DNA of 64,000 nucleotides from an uncultured Bacteroidales bacterium (GTDB lineage Bacteria; Bacteroidota; Bacteroidia; Bacteroidales; WCHB1-69): positions 6,991 through 70,990 of the forward strand of contig ONCM01000008.1 of the NCBI GenBank assembly GCA_900316305.1, written 5' to 3'. A model generated the notes under the pieces. That model saw nothing but the letters and a program-made list of their open reading frames with translations, was not told where the DNA came from and searched no databases. This document shows positions 29,146 through 37,100 of this stretch, piece by piece (positions within the stretch are counted from its first letter, which is position 1; each line of letters begins with the position of its first letter). The position numbers were made by a program, and so were the translations under genes.

Positions 29146-29153
29146 CAAAAGTA
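29146..29153 (-). promoter_or_regulatory. -7 box TACTTTTG (S9 peptidase 27009..29090)
   Basis: Context GAAAAAGTGTACTTTTGCGGG on the minus strand. Confidence 0.6.
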
Positions 29154-29169
29154 CACTTTTTCCCCATAT

Positions 29170-29204
29170 AACTACTAACTGCTAACTACTAACTGCTAAC
29201 TGTA
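29170..29204. repeat. Heptad tandem repeat, AACTNCT family (5 units), between divergent promoters
   Basis: AACTACT AACTGCT AACTACT AACTGCT AACTGTA. Confidence 0.95.
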
Positions 29205-29211
29205 AAAATCG

Positions 29212-29219
29212 TATCTTTG
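29212..29219 (+). promoter_or_regulatory. -7 box TATCTTTG (radical SAM - lplA)
   Basis: TAnnTTTG 22 nt upstream of ATG 29242. Confidence 0.6.
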
Positions 29220-29241
29220 CCGCCTGAAAAATCCATCCACA

Positions 29242-30138
29242 ATGATGATATTCTACTTAGGCAGCTGGTATTTCCAGACCAAATTCCTGAAACGGCGCAA
29301 ACCGCTGCAGACGGTGCTGTTCATCACCAACAGGTGCAACTTGTCGTGCTCGCACTGCAGCGTCTTTGACCACGAACACCCGACCGACAAAAGCTACGGG
29401 CAAATCCGCGAGGAACTGCAGTATTCTTACGGATTGGGATCCCGATTCGTCGATTTCGAGGGCGGCGAACCGACCCTCTGGCGCGACGGTGACCGTCGGA
29501 TCAACGACCTCATCGACCTCGCGCACGAAATCGGCTTTTTCACCACCACCGTGACTACCAACGCACAACAACCCTTCGCAGGGCTCAAAGCCAACTCGAT
29601 ATGGGTCAGCATGGACGGCATCCACGAATATCATGACGCCGTGCGGGGCCAGGGCACCTTCGACAAATTAGTGAAAAACGTGGATAGCTGCGGTCATAAA
29701 GCGCTGAGTGCCAATATGGTCATCGACTCCAACAATTACGTCAACGTGATGGAGACGCTGCAGTTTGTGAAGGAGCACCCTACCTTCAAGAGCATCGCCT
29801 TTAACTTCTATACCCCCGCCTTTTTCAAAGACGAAGATCCGCTGATTTTGGATTGGGACAAACGTGTTGAGTTGATTGATAAGTTGATAGAACAAAAGAA
29901 GAAACGGATGCCCATCATGAATTCCGTCTCGGGACTGAAACGGATGAAGGACCTGTCGTTTGAAAAGGTCTGCTGGATGTGCAACTACATCCTGCCCGAC
30001 GGCACGCGCCTGCCCGAATGCGTGGGCAAAAGCGCGGGTGTCTGCGACCAGTGCGGTTTCTGCATGGCCGGGGAAATGCGTTCGGTGATGGATTTTCGGC
30101 CGGATACGCTGATGGCGGGACTTGATCTTAGACGATGA
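29242..30138 (+). CDS. Radical SAM protein with C-terminal Cys-rich (SPASM/twitch-like) region, subfamily unknown
   Basis: CNLSCSHC (CxxxCxxC) at aa 32-39, GGEPTLW, and the C-terminal cluster CWMC...C...CDQCGFC. Confidence 0.75.
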   Translation: MMIFYLGSWYFQTKFLKRRKPLQTVLFITNRCNLSCSHCSVFDHEHPTDKSYGQIREELQYSYGLGSRFVDFEGGEPTLWRDGDRRINDLIDLAHEIGFFTTTVTTNAQQPFAGLKANSIWVSMDGIHEYHDAVRGQGTFDKLVKNVDSCGHKALSANMVIDSNNYVNVMETLQFVKEHPTFKSIAFNFYTPAFFKDEDPLILDWDKRVELIDKLIEQKKKRMPIMNSVSGLKRMKDLSFEKVCWMCNYILPDGTRLPECVGKSAGVCDQCGFCMAGEMRSVMDFRPDTLMAGLDLRR

Positions 30139-30333
30139 ATGAGCGATGAATGAACGATGAAAAACGATGAAATTCATCGACCAACATTCATCGATAAACA
30201 TTCATCGACCAACATTCATCGACCAACATTCATCGACCAACATTCATCGACCAACATTCATCGACCAACATTCATCGATAAACATTCATCGACCAACATT
30301 CATCGACAAAAATTCATCGACAAAAATTCATCG
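30133..30333. repeat. 14-bp tandem array (11 units, TTCATCG core x12) preceded by 4 inverted CGATGAA copies
   Basis: I counted the units directly (see findings). A perfect 15-nt palindrome, CGATGAAATTCATCG, lies at 30165-30179. Confidence 0.95.
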
Positions 30334-30339
30334 ATCAAA

Positions 30340-31335
30340 ATGGAGAACATACGATATATCACCCTCAACAGCAACTCCCCGTACCACAATCTGGCGACGG
30401 AGGAGTATCTGTTGCAGCAAACCAAAGACAATGTTTTCATGTTGTGGCAGAACGACAACACGATTGTCATTGGTCGTCACCAGAACACGGCGGCGGAAAT
30501 CAACCAAGAATACGTTGACAGTCACCATGTTAATATAGTAAGAAGACAGACTGGCGGTGGTGCGGTTTTCCACGATATCGGGAATCTCAACTTCTCGTTC
30601 ATCCAGAACATTGAACCTGGTAGCAAGGAGATTGATTTCCTGAAGTATTTGCAACCGATTGTGGATGCGCTGCAGTCGTTAGGTGTTCCGGCAGAGTTTT
30701 CCGGACGCAACGATCTGGTGATTGACGGCAAGAAGATCTCCGGCAACGCCATGATGTTTTACGAAAACCGTGTGTTGGAGCACGGAACGCTGCTGTTCTC
30801 GTCTCAGATGTCAGATGTGGCGAACGCCCTCAAGGTTGATCCGAGCAAATTCGATGACAAGGCGGTGAAGTCTGTGCGCAGTCGCGTGACCAACATTTCC
30901 GAACATCTTCCCGAACCCATGACCGTTTTGCAGTTCAGAGACTACCTGATGGACTTCATTATGAAGCAGAACCAAATGACTGAACTGCAGAATCTTACCA
31001 ACGAAGAAGAGGCGGTTGTGGAGCAGCTCATGAAGAACAAATACCAGACTTGGGAGTGGAACTACGGCAAATCGCCGGAGTATTCAATGAACAAGAAAAT
31101 GCGGACGAAGGGCGGCTCCGTGCAAGTGATTGCCGATATCCAAAAAGGCTATATCCGCGACTTGCAATTCTTCGGCGACTTCTTCGGCGAAAAAGACCCG
31201 CAAGAACTTGCAGACCTGCTAATTGGAACTCGAATGGACAAAGATTCCGTTGCCAATGCCCTTACGGACGTGAACATCAATGATTATTTCCATAATGTCA
31301 CGAAAGAGGAAATAATCCATTTGTTAACCGCATAA
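30340..31335 (+). CDS. lplA: Lipoate--protein ligase A
   Basis: RRQTGGGAVFHDIGNLNFSF and GKKISGNA motifs. Start set at ATG 30340; the in-frame upstream 61 codons are just the 14-bp DNA repeat read through. Confidence 0.85.
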   Translation: MENIRYITLNSNSPYHNLATEEYLLQQTKDNVFMLWQNDNTIVIGRHQNTAAEINQEYVDSHHVNIVRRQTGGGAVFHDIGNLNFSFIQNIEPGSKEIDFLKYLQPIVDALQSLGVPAEFSGRNDLVIDGKKISGNAMMFYENRVLEHGTLLFSSQMSDVANALKVDPSKFDDKAVKSVRSRVTNISEHLPEPMTVLQFRDYLMDFIMKQNQMTELQNLTNEEEAVVEQLMKNKYQTWEWNYGKSPEYSMNKKMRTKGGSVQVIADIQKGYIRDLQFFGDFFGEKDPQELADLLIGTRMDKDSVANALTDVNINDYFHNVTKEEIIHLLTA

Positions 31336-31338
31336 TAT

Positions 31339-31357
31339 GGGCGTATGCGATACGCCC
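31339..31357 (+). terminator. Hairpin GGGCGTAT-GCG-ATACGCCC after lplA, followed by CTACA
   Basis: 8-bp stem and 3-nt loop. The right arm plus flank, CGCCCCTACA, is identical to the right arm of hairpin 60428-60457. Confidence 0.5.
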
Positions 31358-31382
31358 CTACAATAACCACAAATAACCGTTT

Positions 31383-32033
31383 ATGAAACTGATTGTATTC
31401 GACCTCGACGGCACTCTCATCAATTCGCTGGAAGATTTGGCGGATTCGGCTAACCATGTGCTGGAACAGCACGGCTTTCCCATTCATCCAGTGGATGCTT
31501 ACCGCTATTTTGTGGGCGACGGCGTGCGCAAACTCATTGAGCGCATATTGCCAGCGGAGCAACGCACCGACGCGCAGATCGAACAGTGCAAAGCCGAATT
31601 TGTAGATTACTACAAAATCCACATGGAAGACAAAACTTCTGTTTATGAGGGAATTACAGAATTGCTCAAAGCGTTGAAAGCCCGTGGGTTGAAGATTGCC
31701 GTGGCCACGAACAAAGTGCACAGCGCCGTGGCCCCGCTGATGGCCAAATATTTCCCGGAGATTCGTTTCGACTCGATGATCGGCCAGCGGGAGGGCATTC
31801 CCGTGAAGCCCGCCCCGCAAATCATGTTCGACATTCTGAAAGAGACGGGTTGTCAGCCTTCTGAAGCGCTTCATGTGGGCGACACCGCCACGGACATGCA
31901 ACTTGCGCACAACGCAGTGGTCACGCCCGTGGGCGTACTCTGGGGCTACAGACCATTGGAAGAATTGCAGGAGGCTGGTGCACGCTATATTATTGAGCAT
32001 CCCCTTGATTTATTGGAAATCCTTGACCATTGA
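31383..32033 (+). CDS. HAD-superfamily hydrolase (phosphoglycolate-phosphatase-like)
   Basis: Motif I FDLDGTL, motif II ATNK, motif III GDTATD. Confidence 0.8.
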   Translation: MKLIVFDLDGTLINSLEDLADSANHVLEQHGFPIHPVDAYRYFVGDGVRKLIERILPAEQRTDAQIEQCKAEFVDYYKIHMEDKTSVYEGITELLKALKARGLKIAVATNKVHSAVAPLMAKYFPEIRFDSMIGQREGIPVKPAPQIMFDILKETGCQPSEALHVGDTATDMQLAHNAVVTPVGVLWGYRPLEELQEAGARYIIEHPLDLLEILDH

Positions 32034-32075
32034 TTTTGGCTATTGGCTGTTGGCCGTTAGCTGTTGACTATCAAG
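32034..32075. repeat. Heptad tandem repeat, NTTRGCY family (6 units), left arm
   Basis: TTTTGGC TATTGGC TGTTGGC CGTTAGC TGTTGAC TATCAAG, starting immediately after the HAD gene stop. Confidence 0.9.
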
Positions 32076-32086
32076 TACGCCCCCAA

Positions 32087-32121
32087 AACTACTAACTACT
32101 AACTACTAACTACTAACTTCT
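32087..32121. repeat. Heptad tandem repeat, AACTNCT family (5 units), right arm
   Basis: AACTACT x4 then AACTTCT. Includes the ispF stop codon. Confidence 0.95.
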
Positions 32122-32592
32122 CACTATCGTGGCCGCTGCCGTGGCCGCAATACCTTCGCCAGCACCCGTGAAGCCCATCTTCTCGTTGGTCTTGGCTTTC
32201 ACCGCTATTCGGTCGGACTCGACCTTCAGCAGTTCGGAAAGCCTGCCGATAATCGCATCGACATGCGGTTTCATCTTCGGCTTTTCCAAGATGAGCGTAC
32301 AGTCCAAGTTGTTGACCTTCCAGCCTCTTTCCGCAAGGAGCTCCACCACTTTGGCGAGCAGTTTAGTGCTGTCCACGTTTTTCCAAGTGGGGTCGTTGTC
32401 CGGGAAGTAGGTACCGATGTCTTTAAGTCCTGCCGCGCCCAAAAGTGCGTCGCAAACGGCATGGATTAGCACGTCGCCATCAGAATGAGCGGCCAACCCC
32501 AGTTCGTATGGAATGACAATGCCCCCAATGACCAAGGGTCTGTCGGGGGCAAATCTATGGGAATCGTATCCAAATCCTACGCGAAAATCCAT
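32113..32592 (-). CDS. ispF: 2-C-methyl-D-erythritol 2,4-cyclodiphosphate synthase
   Basis: GFGYDSHRF and AHSDGDVLIHA metal-binding motifs; 159 aa. Confidence 0.93.
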   Translation of the reverse strand: MDFRVGFGYDSHRFAPDRPLVIGGIVIPYELGLAAHSDGDVLIHAVCDALLGAAGLKDIGTYFPDNDPTWKNVDSTKLLAKVVELLAERGWKVNNLDCTLILEKPKMKPHVDAIIGRLSELLKVESDRIAVKAKTNEKMGFTGAGEGIAATAAATIVRS

Positions 32593-32635
32593 AATTTTGG
32601 CTTTTGGCTGTTAGCTGTTGGCTTTGGCTGTCTGG
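32593..32635. repeat. Heptad tandem repeat, GCTKTTR family (about 6 units), left arm
   Basis: AATTTTG GCTTTTG GCTGTTA GCTGTTG GCTTTG GCTGTCT, starting 1 nt upstream of the ispF ATG. Confidence 0.85.
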
Positions 32636-32640
32636 TACAA

Positions 32641-32672
32641 CCTGCTAACTGCTAACTACTAACTGCTAACTA
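32641..32672. repeat. Heptad tandem repeat, AACTNCT family (4.5 units), right arm
   Basis: CTGCTAA CTGCTAA CTACTAA CTGCTAA CTA. Includes the porV stop. 32647-32675 is identical to 25751-25779. Confidence 0.95.
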
Positions 32673-33908
32673 TTTGAGGCGGCCTTGCTTTTTCAGATCG
32701 TTCTTGTTCGTTGAAACAAAGTCAAAGTTCAACGTGAAACGAAGCGTGTTGGCCAGCGGGTGATACTGCTTGACAGCGATCAGATAGGAGACATCGATAC
32801 CGAAAACGCTGTATTTGATACCAGCACCAAGAGAGACAAACTGACGGTTGCCCTTGTAAGGACTCTCGTGGAAGTATCCGAGACGGAAGAAGAAGAGGTC
32901 ACGGTAGCTGTACTCAGCACCCAAAGCCCACATCACTTCCTGCAACTCCTCCTTGAAACCGCCAGGGGCATCGTAGAAAGATTGGATCATACCTTGCGGC
33001 ACGGAGACATCGGGGTTCATACCGTATTCGATAATCGGATCACCAGCCTCGTTATATTCAATACGACCCATGCTGTCAGTAGCGTAAATAGGATTGGTGG
33101 GCACCAACAGTTTGTTGATTTCACCATTGACAGTCAATTTGTTATAGCCATCAAAGTTCATTTCGTAACCGACACCAAGTTTCAGGTTGGTGGGCAAGAA
33201 GTCACGGCGCAACGTACCGGAAGAGTAGGACATCTTGTTACCCATGTTCGAGATGCACAAACCAGCACGCAACGTAGTGTTCTCAAAAGCCTTGACATCA
33301 AAATCCTGCTCGTAGAAGAGGGAGAGGTCGGCAGCACCGGCCAAACCAGCCTTCGTCTCTTCACCACCCACATACTGACCTGCCGTCAGGTTGGAGTAGA
33401 TGAAGCGCGGGGTGATAGCGATGGAGAGTTGATCGATCAGCTTACGGGAATAGGTGAAGTCGATAGCAAACTCATTAGGATTCTGGTTGCTGATAAAATT
33501 TCCATACTCATCCATAAACTCAATGTTACCTAAAGAGAAATAACGCAACGACATGGCAATAGCGTCCATATCCGTAATACGCCAATAACCAGACAGATAA
33601 GCCAAGTTAATATCATTGACCAAATTACGCAACCAAGGACTGTAAGAAACAGAGAAACCGAACTCATAATCGCTAAAAGCGTATTTGGCAGGGTTATAAC
33701 TCTGGGAGTTGCCGTCGGTGGAAGTGGCGCAACCAATATCTCCCATGGCACCAGCACGGGAGTCGGGAGCGATAGAAAGGAACGGCACAGCCGTAGTAAT
33801 GGCGTTAAGCGTTTGTCCCAGAGGGTTGTGTCCGTTTGAATTTTGAGCAAAAACCTGTACTTGCGTCAGGATCAGAATAGCGGTTAAAACAGATACTACT
33901 TTTTTCAT
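32670..33908 (-). CDS. porV: T9SS outer-membrane shuttle/channel protein PorV (LptO)
   Basis: Signal peptide plus the N-terminal signature VPFLSIAPDSRAGAMGDIG, then beta-barrel-like alternation. Lies directly downstream of porU. Confidence 0.85.
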   Translation of the reverse strand: MKKVVSVLTAILILTQVQVFAQNSNGHNPLGQTLNAITTAVPFLSIAPDSRAGAMGDIGCATSTDGNSQSYNPAKYAFSDYEFGFSVSYSPWLRNLVNDINLAYLSGYWRITDMDAIAMSLRYFSLGNIEFMDEYGNFISNQNPNEFAIDFTYSRKLIDQLSIAITPRFIYSNLTAGQYVGGEETKAGLAGAADLSLFYEQDFDVKAFENTTLRAGLCISNMGNKMSYSSGTLRRDFLPTNLKLGVGYEMNFDGYNKLTVNGEINKLLVPTNPIYATDSMGRIEYNEAGDPIIEYGMNPDVSVPQGMIQSFYDAPGGFKEELQEVMWALGAEYSYRDLFFFRLGYFHESPYKGNRQFVSLGAGIKYSVFGIDVSYLIAVKQYHPLANTLRFTLNFDFVSTNKNDLKKQGRLK

Positions 33909-34008
33909 TCTATATTTTTATTCAATTTTTAATACACAAAAAAACTCCACGCTTAACGACAATGTTCGCGTTTTATTATATCCAAACCAAAAAAAAATTT
34001 CTTTTTAT

Positions 34009-34016
34009 CAAAAATA
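34009..34016 (-). promoter_or_regulatory. Possible internal -7 box TATTTTTG (porV)
   Basis: TAnnTTTG on the minus strand, 100 nt upstream of the porV ATG, inside the AT-rich porU-porV spacer. Confidence 0.35.
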
Positions 34017-34051
34017 ATCATAACGCATTGATATTCAACACGTCTTATTTT

Positions 34052-34100
34052 ATTCTACATTCTGCATTCTTCATTCTGCATTCTTCATTCTACATTATAG
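34052..34100. repeat. Heptad tandem repeat, ATTCNNC family (7 units)
   Basis: ATTCTAC ATTCTGC ATTCTTC ATTCTGC ATTCTTC ATTCTAC ATTATAG. The last unit contains the porU stop. Confidence 0.95.
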
Positions 34101-37100
34101 TATCACCAGCTTCTCAATAGTCTCCGCTGTCTTCCCGTCCTGATTTTTCACGCGGACGCGATACATGTAGGTGCCTTTCGCCAACTTGTCGCCATAATCG
34201 TCCAAACCATCCCAAGAAATCGCCCGGCAGCGGTTGCCCTCCATATACTGCGTATCGTAAAGGGTCTTCACCAACTTTCCAGAAATAGTGTAGATGTTCA
34301 CCTGAATATCGAATGTCCCCCCCGGCTGGTTGTGCTCGAAGTAAAAATCGGTATGCGTAGTAAAGGGGTTCGGGTAGTTCAACACATGGCTCAACTCGAA
34401 TTTGTCCTCACTCACCACCCGGAAGGTCAGTTCCTGCTCGGTACTATTGTTGTTGACATCCCACGCACGCACGGCGATGGTATGATCGCCAGGTGTCAGC
34501 TCCTGAAGTTGATAACGCACTATGCCACTATTGTAGCTGTCCTGCTCGGTCTGATAATAGTCGTTCAAGATAATCTTGTTCCCTGTAGCATTATCCAACA
34601 CGCCCGTCAGGTCGTGCCCGATGCCGTTACCCGTAGTGTTGATTCCGTAATTATCTGATATCTTGGCAATCAGCACAGGGCTCGTACCTGTGGTACCGCC
34701 ATTGACAAAATTCTCATCATTCATGTACAACTCCACCTTCGGACATTCGTCATCTGACACGCCAGAAGTATCGACCCCTCCGATGATGAAATCCGTGAAC
34801 GAGCCAGCCGCATCCGCACGATCCGTACACGCGTAGTAACTGATTTTTCCGTTACCGTAGCTGTAGTCAATGTCCTTCGGTACATAGAAGGAAAACTGGA
34901 AACGACCGTCTTTCACCGTCACATTGCCCTTGAAAAGCACACTTTTCTGCACGGTAAACTCAAAAGGCTCCGTATTGGGGTCAGGATCGTTCATCAACGT
35001 GCTGGTCAACACTTTTTTGTCATACACCGATGGATATAATCTACCGTTGAACTGGGTGATTGTCTGTAAGTTGCTGTCGGTCACACGTCCACTCACCGTC
35101 ACTTTCGACAAGGCACGAACCGTGTCGGCGGCGTTCCCCACCGGATGGGAGTTGATGGAGTCCGTCACCACCGTATAGGTCGGAACGGACAATTTGATGG
35201 AGGGATCGCCGAGCACCACAAACATGGCCAGATTGATTCTTCCACTGTACCGGTTCTTGGCCAAACGTTCTATGTCACTGACAGAATAATAATTACCTTT
35301 GTCGTCTTTTTCGAACATCAATCTGAAAATATGGTCGCCGAAACGGTTGTTGGGGTCCGACCACGCCTCACGGGTGGCAGAAATGACCGCCACAGCTCCA
35401 CCGCTGTTGTTGAAAAAGATCTGGTCGGAGGGTGAGAGAATCAGTCGGTCGTAATAGCCGAAGGTGCATGACAATGACAACAGGGCAGGCATATTGTACT
35501 TATTGCTCCACTTATTGATGTCTGAACTTTCCAAGACACGCTCTGCCGCCCAACCGTCTTTACCACTATGCCCGATGTATGTAAAAAAGAGCGAACCGCG
35601 GTTCATCCGATTGTTGATAGCCGTCACCACATCGGGATAACGTTGACCACCAGCATTGGAAACCTGCTGGTAGGCATCCAAATAAATTTTGTCGAAATTG
35701 ATGTTGGGATTTGCCTCTTCAACGAGATCAGTGAAATGGTCCGCATTGATCACGAAATCGTTGTGCTCCTCATCATCCGCCACAAAGGCCATCACATTGC
35801 GCCAGTCTCCAAAGTTGGAGATTTGCGAAGAATTCTCCGGCACCAAGTTTCGTTTCTCGGTATAACGAATACTCTTGTCCACGGACGTCACCGCCTGCGC
35901 AGCCGTCGTACACGGGAATCTTCCGATCGCCAGATCGAAAAGCCCTTTTGCCCCATCTCCCTCGTTCTCGTCCAAAAGTCCCAAAACATCATCATTGGAA
36001 TACTGATGGGAGATTTCCGACATATAGTAATATTGTGGTTGTGTACCATTTGGATTATTATACTCGATATTGTATTCGTAATTGGGAACATAAATAGCTG
36101 TGCCTTGGGCTCTTCCGCGAAAATCGTAACTCGGGCGACCAAACAGCAGCAGATATCTAGGATAGGCTTTACTAGTCTTGTTGTAAATCATCCGCATATA
36201 GTCACGGATAGCGATAGGATCCTGAGAACCGCTCGAAAACTCGTTGTAGATCTGCTGCGGGGTGACAACTTTCACGTTCAGGCCATCATTCTCAGCACGA
36301 AATTGAGCCAGTCGATTGGCTTGGGAAAGAAAATCGGGATGCGCCACAATCACCATATCCACTGCACCAGTGGCGTGCAGATTCTGGTTGGCCACCTGCG
36401 ACAAAGGGGTCACCGACAAAAATTGGGTACCATCAAAGAGTATAAACTCTCTAAGATCAGAAGTTTGCGTCTTGAAATGCGATCCCTGATTGTCAGCAGT
36501 AAGCGTGTAACGAACCATCTGAGAAGGATCGGTGACATCCCACACCGAAGCCGAAGTCGAAACGCCGGAAAGATCAAAACGGGTAACATTTCCCTCTCCT
36601 ACCGTGGATGGGTTCCGGAAAGTCGTCTGACCGTTGCGCAAGGTAATGGGACAAGGCGCTTCCACTTCAATCCAATCCAGATAGCCAACCGCAGAAGTAG
36701 TTGGCTTGCTATAGGTTATTTTCACATTAAGATCTTTGGAAGAGGCATTGAACGGCAAAATGCCCGTGGTAATACAGACGATAGTACTGCCCGTCGCTGA
36801 ACCAATCTGGGACTGGCCAATCGGAGTTTGGTTCACAGCAACCTGAAAATTGGAGGTCGTAGAGGCGGATGAAGCCGCTTTCACCGAAACATAGCCAGTA
36901 CCTGTAGGGGTTGCGGGCAACTGGAAATCGTACGTGTGAGCCAACGTGATATCGTAGCGATCCCCATACCACGTCCGTCCCGATTCGCACAAATTCGTGA
37001 CATCCTCCTCGAAAAAATCGAAAAAGGTGAAGTCTTGCACGTCCATATTCGCCACAAGACTTTCATTATCAATAGTTTGAATACGTTTCTTTTCTCCAAT

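Noticed and set aside
30133-30333. Possible CRISPR array
   Set aside because: The units are 14 bp and directly abutting, with no unique spacers. No cas genes or leader are present.
30157-30339. 61-codon N-terminal extension of LplA (MKNDEIHRPTFIDKHSSTNIHRP...), plus the alternative-frame ORF 30167-30538
   Set aside because: The peptide repeat is simply the 14-bp DNA repeat read in three phases. LplA homology starts at MENIRYITLNS (ATG 30340). I kept it as a possible frame-dependent effect under the array finding, not as a CDS.
31284-32000. 238-aa minus-strand ORF overlapping the HAD hydrolase gene
   Set aside because: The plus-strand frame carries all three HAD motifs (DLDGTL, ATNK, GDTATD). 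The minus-strand product has none and overlaps the lplA end.
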